A stretch of DNA of 63,758 nt, the filler included, from Lenisia limosa (taxonomy: Eukaryota > Protista > Breviatea), in NCBI GenBank assembly GCA_001655205.1. It is 18 parts of 18 records of this genome, joined end to end, with 100 filler letters (N's around TTAATTAATTAA, not from the genome) between each part and the next. Parts side by side here need not be neighbours in the genome. Positions count along the whole stretch, not along the records: positions 36,888 to 42,639 come from LPNZ01006258.1; positions 42,740 to 45,267 come from LPNZ01006505.1; positions 45,368 to 53,512 come from LPNZ01010152.1; 15 more parts are not named here. One strand, 5' to 3'. Below, in pieces: positions 39,208 to 50,698 of the stretch. The translations under genes were made by a program, and so were the position numbers. Each line of letters starts with the position of its first letter. The first letter of the stretch is position 1. The notes beneath the pieces are model-generated. The model saw only the letters and a program-made list of their open reading frames with translations, searched no databases and was not told the DNA's origin.

Positions 39208-41152
39208 TGAAGAGAAAAGGGTCCTTAGCGCCTTCCGCGGGGATGAGCGACAGAAGTCATACTGTAACGCGAATCCCAAGGTAAGCCCATCCCCCCTCAT
39301 TGTCTATTATGATATTAAAATACGTGTACTACTCAGTCAGATGGAAGCACTGATGGTTTTTTGGTTTGCTCAGTATCTTAGGGTGGAGAGCCTCACCTCA
39401 AGGCATCAAAGCACTTCCTTCACTGACGCTACCAGCATTCCGGTAAACAATTTTAAAGCTTTTTTGAAAGAAGAAGATGGAGTGAATAGAATCTTGTGCT
39501 GTCAGTTGGTCATATTATTGCACGTCCCATTTTTGTTCTACGACATCCGAGCCAAACGGATGGTTGTTCACCTTTCGCATCATCATACCAATGGCTAAAT
39601 GGTTTATCCACACCGTTGTATCGTGTTTGTACCGCCACATGAAAAAAAGGTTCACATGATATTTTTTAAGATTTCGCCTTTGATTACAAAAATGCAATCT
39701 CAGTTTCCAATCAAGACATTTGGAATCCAATTTCACACGCTTCAGATTAACCATCTTGACGTTACCAATTTTTATAATGAGTTCCTCAACACCAAGCTGG
39801 AGACTGAGTACCGCAAATATCACTTTGTTAGCCGGGGGGGGGGGTGATTTTCTAAAAACAATAATAATAATCGGAAGGGATATTGAAGGATTAATTCCCC
39901 GCTTTGAATCGGAAGGGATATTGAAGGATTATTTCACCGCTTTGAATCTCTGCCCCATTTTCTGTGACTTCTTCAGCTGCAATGCCTCGCTGTCGTCAGG
40001 CCTTTTCTCTCGGTAAGTTGTGGCCAATAATTTTTGTAAAAGTTGAGTATAATACTCATCTATGTTCACTTCCGCGGCTTTTTGCAATTTCATTTAAACA
40101 CAATCACCCTCAGGTTCTCTCTTTTGTGATTGCGTCTGTTGCAGTTGCTATGATAGTGAGGCTTTCCAAAGGTGAAAACGTGTTACCCTTCTTTGTCACA
40201 TACCTCTCGTATTGCGGACTCATTGTCTTCAACCGCTTTTTCTTTGCCAACGTCAAAGTTACCACTGGTATGCAGTTTTCTGTCTGAACTTTTATCCAAG
40301 GAAACTGGATCTTCTCACTTCCTAGCTATCCTTTATTGCGAGTGGCTTTACCCGATCACTTCATACGGACTAATGTTTGCAAGTAAGCCTGGGTGCTACT
40401 TTGCCATCCACCAACAGAGTTCTTGTTGTTGTTTTAAATGCCATCATATATCAAATGTACTCATTGGAATTTTCGGAACATTTTTTTACTGTGGATTTGA
40501 TCATATTTTTAGGGCTCCGCGCAATTAATTGCAATTAATTGCCGGCAAATATTTTTTAAAGTTGCCTTACCGTCGCAAATAATTTGCAATTGATTGAAAA
40601 TAATTAGCCCTCGTTATGGCATATATACATGTATATGATATTATATATATAGTATATCAACTATGATACCAAATAACATATCATAAGATATCTTATTCTT
40701 TTGAGAACAAGAAGAAACCTTAAATACAATTTAGGGATACACGTATAATATATCATACTACTATATCTATACTACATATAATACATATATTATATATACT
40801 ATGATATAATATATCATATATTTACTATAGATCATATATAATATGATATGATATAGAATATATATATTTTATCCATTTTCCATTGCACCATGGATCTTTC
40901 AATGAGATCTAATGATCTGCAGACTTCATCCCGCGGATTTTTATTGAAGACGAAGAGGTTGCAATCGTGGAGGCCAAAACAGTACGTATTGCACTACCTT
41001 ATCATTGAATCTGACTCTGTCTAGGCCACCATTTTTGCCTTGTCCTTGATTGCCACTCCTCTTGTATTCGGCTGCTTGTTCAGGTTAGAATCCGTGTTCC
41101 TTCTCGAACACCCTCCTCTTTTGACGACTTAGAACGACACTCTACTTCACAT
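39208..41152 (+). CDS. Multi-exon membrane protein, unknown family
   Basis: Plus-strand exons with gtaagc/gtaagt/gtatgc donors: VLSFVIASVAVAMIVRLSKGENVLPFFVTYLSYCGLIVFNRFFF, AILYCEWLYPITSYGLMFA, DFIPRIFIEDEEVAIVEAKTV. Confidence 0.55.
40511..40611. mobile_element. Second short TIR element (family F) rich in GCAATTAATTGC palindromes
   Basis: AGGGCT..AGCCCT termini; related copy in opposite orientation at 11511-11596. Confidence 0.5.
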
Positions 41153-41379
41153 GGGTAACTATTGTGGGGCTTTATGCTTTTTATGCTTACGAAGGTTAGC
41201 TGCACCCTTTTGGATCTTGACGGCTATGATTGATCCCTGACTTATTAATTAATTAATTTTCTGTATTTTACCGTGTCGATAATCTCTTATAAGACTTAAT
41301 ACACATTTATGATAGTATTAGTATCATATGAATGCAGGTATGAAATGCCAATCAATCAGGGTTGTTGCTTCGATCACCG

Positions 41380-42630
41380 CCTAGGTTCTACTGATGCGTT
41401 TTATAACGACAGAGGCTACGGGTTCCTTCTGGTATTCATTTTGTTCTATCTTCCGTATACGTAGGCTCCAGGATTTCATTAGTTACACATCTCACGGTTG
41501 CAGAGTAGTGTTCCGGTCGTTGGACCGCAACTTCAGGTCGGAGTTTTTGGCCCGGCGGCGACTGGCGAGTGAGAACAAAAAGCTGCAAGCTCGGCTTGGT
41601 TGGTGGAATGTCGGCGCAGCACTGACAGTACAGNNNNNNNNNNNNNNNNNNNNNNNNNNNNNNNNNNNNNNNNNNNNNNNNNNNNNNNNNNNNNNNNNNN
41701 NNNNNNNNNNNNNNNNNNNNNNNNNNNNNNNNNNNNNNNNNNNNNNACTTCTTGGAATCAAAGTGCCAGACATATGAATCTTTCACGGCAACTTGTTTTA
41801 TCTTCTATAGGCATCAGCAATTCCTAACTCCACTTCTGCTGACAACTTTGTCTTAGTGAGGCTTAGGCTTTTCTCCGTCACTTTGATTGATTAATCCACC
41901 GAATTTTGATAAATCTTCTTTATTTGACATGGACAGAGTCGGCAAGCAAGCTCCTTAGCGTCTGCACGCTGCACACCTGATGTCCCTACCTCTATCCTTC
42001 GAATCACTTCAGAGGCTCCCAGATGTAATATGGACTTTTAATCCTTCTGTACCTTTCTTTGGCCAAGTATTGACTGAATAACCGCTTAAACACGCGATGG
42101 TATTGATGGTTTTGCAACCATTTCTTGTTTTAAGTGCTTCAACTAACTCAGCAGCTGCCAAGGCACTTCTTCCAGCCATGGCATCTTTCGACTGTCCCAC
42201 CTTCAAATTTGCCCAGGCTTACCCCGACCACTATCTTCCATACTTCGTTTGGGGGGGGGGGGTNNNNNNNNNNNNNNNNNNNNNNNNNNNNNNNNNNNNN
42301 NNNNNNNNNNNNNNNNNNNNNNNNNNNNNNNNNNNNNNNNNNNNNNNNNNNNNNNNNNNNNNNNNNNNNNNNNNNNNNNNNNNCCTTTTAGCAAACAATA
42401 CACGATTTTTTATTGTTCCTCTATTGATAATTTCATTTAACTATTTAGACTGGCCACATTCTGAACTCTGTGTTCCATGTGCTCTCTGCCATCGGAGTGT
42501 CTCCTACGGTAGGGTTCTTATCACCCTTCAATTCAGATGTAATCTCAGCATAACCTTGGATATCTGCACTTCATTCGGCTCATTACCTCACCCCACAGCT
42601 GCTAATGTCGTACCTCAGTAACATTGACCG
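41380..42630 (-). CDS. Partial multi-exon gene, unknown product
   Basis: Open segments VGQSKDAMAGRSALAAAELVEALKTRNGCKTINTIACLSGY, HLGASEVIRRIEVGTSGVQRADAKELACRL with plausible splice sites. Confidence 0.4.
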
Positions 42631-43342
42631 GACTTACCANNNNNNNNNNNNNNNNNNNNNNNNNNNNNNNNNNNNNNNNNNNNTTAATTAATTAANNNNN
42701 NNNNNNNNNNNNNNNNNNNNNNNNNNNNNNNNNNNNNNNCCCCCCCCCCAGGAACCCGGAGGTATATGCGACGGGAGGATGCAGAGCCCTTAATTAGGAC
42801 CGGAAAGGCCGTTCACATCACGTGTTCGGAAGACGTGGTGGATTAGATGGTGGATAATGTTTAGATCGGATGGATTTTGTCTTTTGGTTTAGATCGGATG
42901 TATTTTATCTTTTATTTTCAGAGGGTTTGAATTTCAGAAAATAACAACTTCAAAAGAACCCTGTTTAAGTTCACTTGGAATTCGTTTTTATGGATTACCT
43001 GCCCCCCCCCNNNNNNNNNNNNNNNNNNNNNNNNNNNNNNNNNNNNNNNNNNNNNNNNNNNNNNNNNNNNNNNNNNNNNNNNNNNNNNNNNNNNNNNNNN
43101 NNNNNNNNNNNNNNNNNNTCGCTGGACGGGAATTTCGAAACGGACACTATGTGAAACCGTAAAACACAAAAAGCCAAGATGAAAAATGTTCGAAAACCTG
43201 AGGGGGATGTGAAGTGAAGTTTTCACAAAATCTACACATTCATCAGGGGCTTCACTCAACATGATAGTCCGGACACGGATATTGAGGACCTATCGCTGTA
43301 ATACACTCACTATCATTTACCCTATGTTTATTCAACAGACGC

Positions 43343-43421
43343 CCCGGTTCAAAAAGGGGGATGACCCGGTTCAAAAAGGGGGATGACCCGGTTCAAAAAG
43401 GGGGATGACCCGGTTCAAAAA
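43343..43421. repeat. About 23-bp tandem array
   Basis: ccggttcaaaaagggggatgac x3 plus a partial copy. Confidence 0.85.
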
Positions 43422-43460
43422 GACAAAAAAGTACTAATCTACATTATACACGATAAGGCT

Positions 43461-44816
43461 CTACTCCTGGACAGGGGTCATTTGGATGGGATGTGAAGGT
43501 TCCGACGCAACCGGGGCTGGTACTGGGGCTGGTACTGGGATTTCCTAGAACGGTTAGAGGATATAGAAGGTTAGAAGGGACTAGAATCTAATATCTCTTA
43601 TAAGGTTTCAGCCAGATACTATTATCCACTATCTTTTATTAGTGGGATTGTGCGAACTGCTTTGGCCAGATAGAGTGGTGAGGGTGGTTTGGAGAGGNNN
43701 NNNNNNNNNNNNNNNNNNNNNNNNNNNNNNNNNNNNNNNNNNNNNNNNNNNNNNNNNNNNNNNNNNNNNNNNNNNNNNNNNNNNNNNNNNNNNNNNNNNN
43801 NNNNNNNNNNNNNNNNNAACAAGCCAAGCAAACCGTTATCACGGGCTCAGAGGTTGCCACCTCAGTGACAGGGGTTTCAATTAGAACTTCAGCAGGAATT
43901 TCAACAGGAACATGCACAGGAACTTCCAAAGGAGCTTCAACAGGGATTTCAACTGGAACCTGCAGAGGTACTGCAGGGATTTCGGCAGGAACTTCAGCAG
44001 GAATTTCAACAGGGATGGAGGGAATTGGAGCTGGTTCGACTTGGGCAATTGACGGGACTTGTTCGATGTGGGGTGTAACAGCAACATGCTCGAGCTGGGG
44101 CAGAGAAGCCACGGATTCTGTCGGAACTTCGACGGGGATTTGTGCAGCGTATTGTTCCAGGGCTTCCGGTGAGAGATCGGACGGGAGTTCAACGAGCTGT
44201 CCTTCATCCTACACAGTCATTTATTTACAAAGAAATGAGAGGTATTTATAATAATAAGAACAAAACAAGTACAATATGATTAAAACAAATAACAGTAAAA
44301 AAAAAATCTTAATAAAAAATGGGGTTGGAAAATAGATGGTATAATATGGCGACAATCCAAGTCAATCCCCACAAACGGCAGGGGGAGGAGCAAGGGGCAC
44401 AGTAGGAGGGAATTCAGGGGGACACGGTTCGTCGAAATAGAGAGAACCGACTTCGGAATGACAGGCCCAGATTTCACCGACGGACATGCGCGCCATGCCC
44501 ATGTTGGCTTGGTTGAAGAATGCTGCGGAGGATTAGCAAGCAAAAAAAAAAAATATTGTCGGGGTGGGGGAGAGACCTATAGTTTTCGACAATTTATCCA
44601 TAATTTCAGTGAACCGAATTAGGAAACATAGAGTAAAGAATGTTGGGGGTGAGTAAAGCTTGGTTGAAGAATCCAACTAATTATTACCAAGGTCTTCTTT
44701 TTACCCGGGTACCCTCATTTCCACCCACCAGTCTGGACTTCCTGGGCCAGCATTGCCACTTGGAGATGGCGACTCTCCCTCTCAGCTGAAGTGCCAGCAT
44801 CGCCCAAAGCAACCAT
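43461..44816 (-). CDS. Partial gene with a long Pro/Val/Glu/Ile-rich (VPVEIP-type) C-terminal region
   Basis: Exon from 44816 MVALGDAGTSAERESRHLQVAMLAQEVQT; FFNQANMGMARMSVGEIWACHSEVGSLYFDE; 375-nt phase-0 exon 44208-43834; last exon 43544-43461 EIPVPAPVPAPVASEPSHPIQMTPVQE-stop. Confidence 0.7.
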
Positions 44817-47116
44817 CTGGGAGGGGTGAACGAAGGAAATTTCGATGACGAATATTGGTGTAAAGGTACTCATCACGAGTAGAAAAAACTGAAACTCCAA
44901 ACAAACAAGAGGGGGGGGGGTGGAGTAGAATTGAAAAATTTAGGAAACNNNNNNNNNNNNNNNNNNNNNNNNNNNNNNNNNNNNNNNNNNNNNNNNNNNN
45001 NNNNNNNNNNNNNNNNNNNNNNNNNNNNNNNNNNNNNNNNNNNNNNNNNNNNNNNNNNNNNNNNNNNNNNNNNNNNNNNNNNNNNNNNNNNNNNNNNNNN
45101 NNGTTCGAAAAATGACTGAACATCTCGATAAATCCTCGAAAACTATCGATATTTAACTGAACTTTTTCGAACGGAAGAAACCCCAGGGAATATCCCACAA
45201 TTGATATCACATTATACCGCCGCGTACATGGGGGGCGTCGACCGCAGCCCATTGTTCGGGTGTGCTCNNNNNNNNNNNNNNNNNNNNNNNNNNNNNNNNN
45301 NNNNNNNNNNNTTAATTAATTAANNNNNNNNNNNNNNNNNNNNNNNNNNNNNNNNNNNNNNNNNNNNAACATTGACCTCTACCTCCTCCCTTCCCACACA
45401 TCCCAAGTCACACAAGCTCTTGACCGCGTTACTTTGGCCATCTTCAAGGCTTTTTTTATGTTATTTGCCATATAGACATACTATATAATGCATTTTTTTT
45501 GCCTCATATAGTCTCGGCTAGTCACATTTCAGGCAATTTTGACCCCCCTTTGTAAAAAATTTCATGTTTGTACTGTTTTATATCAAAAACTACGCTGCGG
45601 AATTATCCCGAAGGGTCATTTTAATTACTAACACAATTGATCAATTGTTTTTGCGAAATATAAAAAGTACTGAACCACCACAATAATACTGAAACGGTCC
45701 GGTGTTGTATCTCTTTGTTTTTAGACATTTAGAAGAAGGGGAGGAGGGGTGAGAGTTCTCATAATAGGAGCAAAGCAATTTCTTTTGTTTCTTCTTTGCT
45801 CCTAGTATTAGCTATAGGTCTAATGTGTGATGATATGATGTTTCGCTATATTATACAAATGATATAATTCTTTAACTTATTTTTTATTTCTCTTCAGTCA
45901 AACGGATAAGTCGTGGACCAAAGTTTTCTTTTGGTTTCCATTTTTAATGTCAAAAACGGCATTTTGTAGCTGTTATACCCCGTTTTATGATTCTGTAAAA
46001 AACTGGGTGAAAAAGTTCAGTTCAATATAAAAAAAAATTTAAAATGCCGACGGCACACGAAAAAACGACCTCTTTTTACCATGAAGTTTTATTAAAATTC
46101 TAACTGCACTTCCTAATACTCACTTTTTTATGAGTGGAAAACATTTTTTAGAGCCTTTTATAAATTAATAATGATTATTTTTGATAGGTGGTGAAGCCCT
46201 GGGAAAGCTAAGCAGATCACCAAAGTACTTCATGNNNNNNNNNNTCTATTTAGGATTTAAATGCTCTATGCTATATCGGATATGTTGTTTGGTGCCTTTT
46301 TGTTGTGTGTGGTTAGGCTAGGTTTTTGAAAAAATAGAATTGATATGAAAAGGGCAAATTTTTGAATTTTTTTATTGTGGGCTATTTATAGTTAAATTGA
46401 CAAGAAAGAATAAGAGTATCAAAAAAAAGGTAAAACTGAATTAATGACATAATTTAGGACCTTGAGATATATATCATATATCAACCGTCCAGAAATCTTT
46501 GAAATTTTAGATATTATGTGAAAATTGGCCATTTTTTCGTTATCTTGAACTTAATAACTGTTTTTAAAAAAGAAATCAAAAAAATCATGAAATATTATAA
46601 TAGTATCCTATGAATACTTGAGATATATGATATACTATGTATGTATAGATAGTAATACATATAATATCAAGAGACTTCATCCTACATTTGCAACAAAACT
46701 TCAAAGCCGTTTGAAGCGGAAGTCTGCTTAATTTTTCTTAACTATTGTTCTGGGGCGGACAAATAAATAATTTTGAGTTTAATCGTTTCCGTGAGCTGAA
46801 TTCCTATATATAGGACACAGTAATGTCTGTTTTACACCTCTTTGGAAAATTATCATCAAAATGAATGGAATTTAGCACTTTCTATGGGTGATTTTCAACA
46901 TGAAAACTATGCAATTTGACGACCAATATTTCAGGAATAGTTAATACCTAGAAAAGGACAAAATATTCATGTGTTCCAATTCTCTTGGAGTTGACTCAGA
47001 AAAGCATCACGTTTATTGTACCTGGCGATTGAGACAGTGAGGGACTGACGCATCACTGACGGTATTGCTTGCAGGCCACCCGATTCTGACTTACTTGAAT
47101 CTTGACGACGTTTAAG

Positions 47117-47395
47117 CATATAAAACGCATTCACTCTTTTTGCGCGCCTTTTCACCCGCCAATTCTATTTCATGCTTCTGTTTTGCTAGTATTACATACC
47201 TCCCTCCCACCTTCCGCGTCATTAGGTGGGGCTGGGTGTAGATGATTTATATAATGGTTGCAGCTCATATGCTTGGGGTTATTATGGTGGCAGCTAATAT
47301 GCTTGGGCTCATTTGCTTGGGGTTTACGTGGAAGCTCATTTGTTTGGGGTTATTACAGTGGCAGCTCATTTGCTTGGGGTAATTACGGTGACACC
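47117..47395 (+). repeat. About 280-bp dispersed duplication with a terminal ~31-bp minisatellite; second copy 52765-53100
   Basis: Shared catataaaacgcattcac..ctttttgcgcgcc..tgttttgctagtattac..ggtgtagatgattta, then tandem ggttgcagctcatttgcttggggttattac units. Confidence 0.85.
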
Positions 47396-47459
47396 TTAGC
47401 TTGTTTGTTGGCCTCAGATGGCATCTTAGAAAAGGGTACCCAAGTCTAGATCAATAAAA

Positions 47460-48225
47460 AGACTACAAACAAACAAAAAAGGAGTCCCCATATACAGTTG
47501 GATTCGTCTGGATCAATTTCTTGGAGACTTGTGAGAGGTACCGCTGTTGGGCTTGCTGCTTTATGTGTGAGTCATTGAGGGTTCTTTTTCAACAAATATA
47601 GCTAGAGAATGTGTATTATCCCTTAATCTGAGACATATTCTTGATTTCATATTTTGAAACAAGCTCACCAAGAACAGGTGAATCATTGTGACTTTGCTTC
47701 AGTGATTGTCGCCCAGCCTTCCGAGATTCTTTCTGCTCTTTAAGATAGCTGCAAAATAATAACAACACATCACAAAATAATTATAGTGAAGTAAAAGTGT
47801 GATAGATGATGCAGATATCATATAACGTAGCACTATCAAGCCCAACCAACCAGATCGTAGTATTTGCTATTGTTTCTTCTCACAACAATACTGATCTGCT
47901 TGTTGCAGTCCTCAATGCAACAGAGAATTATCAGAGAGAATGTTCCTAAAACCATGAATAGCAATAAAAAAACAGAAACAACATAACTTTGAAAAATGAT
48001 ATGATTTATCATAATAATATACGGATTTTTTAACGCTTTAACATGCAATAACTTCCAAAAAGAACTAGTAGCTAATGAACAAACCTCCAACTTCCAAGTT
48101 TTCTGATTGATACCTTACATACGGTTGTTTTTTGAATATTGATCAAACAATCACCGTGAAATACAGCTGAGGTCGGTTCGAGTACCGAGATCTCAAAAGT
48201 TCATCTAAAAGGTCCTGAATTTGGA
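47460..48225 (-). CDS. Possible multi-exon gene, unknown product
   Basis: Open segments LQIQDLLDELLRSRYSNRPQLYFT, GTFSLIILCCIEDCNKQISIVVRRNNSKYYDLV, YLKEQKESRKAGRQSLKQSHNDSPVL (gtgagc). Confidence 0.4.
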
Positions 48226-48362
48226 GCTACTTGCTCTTAATAACATTGTGATGAGCTCTACTTCTTGCCCCTTCTTGCCCATAGACTAATTCAAGAAAAA
48301 AAACAATTGCTCCCCAGGCTCTCTCCTCTACGCCCCATGTTTAATGATCAAATTACTTCCAT

Positions 48363-49567
48363 GTTCCCTGGACACCGGCGGGTATATTCTCGGAAAAATT
48401 AGTCCCTTCCTTATACCCTGGAAGCTTTTAACTTTTTCGCTCTAGTTACTCATTTCGTAGCTTTTTACACTCTATATTCCTAATTCCCTTCTCAACTAGT
48501 TCTCTGGGCTTGAAAACCGCAATTGCTTTCGTTGTCTGTTCTGGGGGGAAGAAGACTAAGTTGTCAATAACGACAAAAGAGCTTTGATGCAAACTGAGGG
48601 TGACGTCGCTGAGGTCGGTCTTGGCGGTTACATCTCTCAGCTGCAGAACCTTGATGGCGCCGGCAGCCTCGATCTGAAACTGAAGCGCAACGATGACAGG
48701 AATCAGCGATTTAGCAGAACAGCAGCAACAGACTCTCGTCGCAGAAGAAGATTGGCAACCTCGATCTGATGAGGCCTCAACTGATCTGGAGAGGAAACAG
48801 GGAAAGCACCAGGGTTTGCGAAAAGTTTCTTCCAGGGACATGACCTTGTGTTTACAAGTTTCCTGGAGCATAAAGGGTTTTACTACCTTTCAAATCAACA
48901 CTATGCACTTCACTAAAAATGCTTTGATTCCCAACGACAGTTCCATAAAGACATTTCTCAACATTAATTTGATTTTATTGATCATTTAATAAGAAACCCG
49001 AGTCTGGTGTACAAAAAAAACTACTACACCATCGCATAAATATGATATACGATAATATATGATGTGCGTTGTTTATACCCCCCCTCCCCCTTGCACCTTG
49101 CCTTCGTGGTCTACAGAATGCAGTCCTGGAAGTGTAGGCCTTAAACAACCTCCATCAAAGCATATGGGGACCGGGTCCTCAAACTGAGGTCCCTCAATGA
49201 CCTGCGGTGTGATGAGGCTTGGACAAAAGGAGAGATCACAAAGGAAACAATCGTGAGGGAGGAGAGCCTGTAGAATTTGACGTANNNNNNNNNNTTGAGG
49301 TCCCTCAATGACCTGCGGTGTGATGAGGTTTTGGAAAAAAGGAGAGATCACAAAGGAAACAATCGTGAGGGAGGAGAGCCTGTAGAATTTGACGTAAGTG
49401 TTGACAATTAACAACAGAATAAGATAGGGAAGTCATGAAGAGGGATTCATGTCTTTTATGACAAGCCCAGAGAACTAGCTGAGAAGTAGACCGAAAAAGT
49501 TAAAAGCTTCCAGGGTATAAGGAAGGGACTAATTTTCCGAGAATATACCCGCCGGCGTCCAGGGAAC
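48363..49567. mobile_element. About 1.2-kb non-autonomous TIR element with long (about 75-110 bp) terminal inverted repeats
   Basis: 48363 gttccctggacaccggcgggtatattctcggaaaaattagtcccttccttataccctggaagcttttaactttttcg is near-exactly inverted at about 49490-49567; flanked by CAT/CAT (48360-48362, 49568-49570). Confidence 0.8.
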
Positions 49568-49939
49568 CATTTTCATACTCCAAAACAAATCCAATTTCCT
49601 GATTTTCTGGTGCTTACACAATTATTCAAAAATCGACAAGGATGGCAGTGACGCAGATGATACAGATGACAGCGCGGATGATTATGTTCTCCAGCTTTTA
49701 CGTCAATTTCAACAGTAGACGGCTATGGCAGAGGGTGCACATTCTATGACAATATTATGACTGTTGAGAAACCGAACTCACAAACATTATATTCTATCCA
49801 CAAACCTCAATGTCCTCAAGCTTGCTAGCATCCTCATCCTTCCAGAGCTGCTTGACAAATGACACAGCTAGTTACCAACAGGACGTTTAAACGAATCATT
49901 TTGCCTGCCTTCCTTTGCAGGGAAAAAACATGGATCTTT

Positions 49940-50140
49940 TGTCATTATTCACACATTTTGAAAAAGAGGTGGCGGTTTACAGAATTATGTCATCCTTTCT
50001 GAAGCTCTGTCCCCCCCAACACCAATTTGAAAAATGGTGGAAATCATTTTCCCACTCTTGCAGACTATCTGTTTTCACTGCGAAACACGGCGATTGGGAA
50101 ATGTCCTGTGAAAACCAGAAAACTCGCAATATGAAGGACA
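49940..50140 (+). pseudogene. Possible degenerate hAT transposase C-terminal (dimerisation) remnant
   Basis: FEKEVAVYRIM..QFEKWW, then in a shifted frame NHFPTLADYLFS, loosely resembling hAT ELxxY..WW..FPxL; weak. Confidence 0.25.
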
Positions 50141-50698
50141 TCTAACTTTTTAGGAGCTTCTCCGTATCCAACATTGCCTCGGCACAAAGCCGCAGAAAAC
50201 TCGCAGAAAACTCAGAAAAAGTGTAAATAAAATGGATAAAATTATAACGAAGTCTGAGAAAGCTGTAATCCCAGTAGTGCTGGGACAAACCTGGCACCAC
50301 CCAGCCCTTCAGCTCAGAGCAAGCTTCTTTTCCTAACTTTCAATTTTTATTTTAGAAAAAGAAACAATTAATCTTCCAACTTTATGAAACAGCTTAAGCC
50401 CACCAAACAGGGATAACTGCGATTAAAAGTGAGGAATATTCACATTGGAGTAACACCAGTTTTGTTGTTTGGAGAAATGAAAAACAAAACCAGTCGAACA
50501 TTCATTGAATTCTATAACACATAGCAACTCAAACATGATCGAACAATGAAAAGGTAGATATTTGCAACAAAATTGGTTAAACGAAAAATTCTAAATTCAA
50601 TAAATCAATTCACGGACTATAGTGGTCACCCAGTAAGAACTGAACTCTTTTAAAGCATTATATTTTCATAATGCATTTCTTTTTATATCGTATTTAAA

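Noticed and set aside
39872-39950. 38-bp tandem duplication as another junction-spanning case
   Set aside because: The host gene appears to be on plus and both copies lie inside the intron. The same applies to 26279-26342 and 25735-25825, which show that not all local duplications hit junctions.
49185-49395. 100-bp tandem duplication inside the TIR element as a biological feature
   Set aside because: The two copies flank a 10-N scaffold gap, so unmerged overlap or haplotypes are the simpler explanation, although they differ at a few sites.
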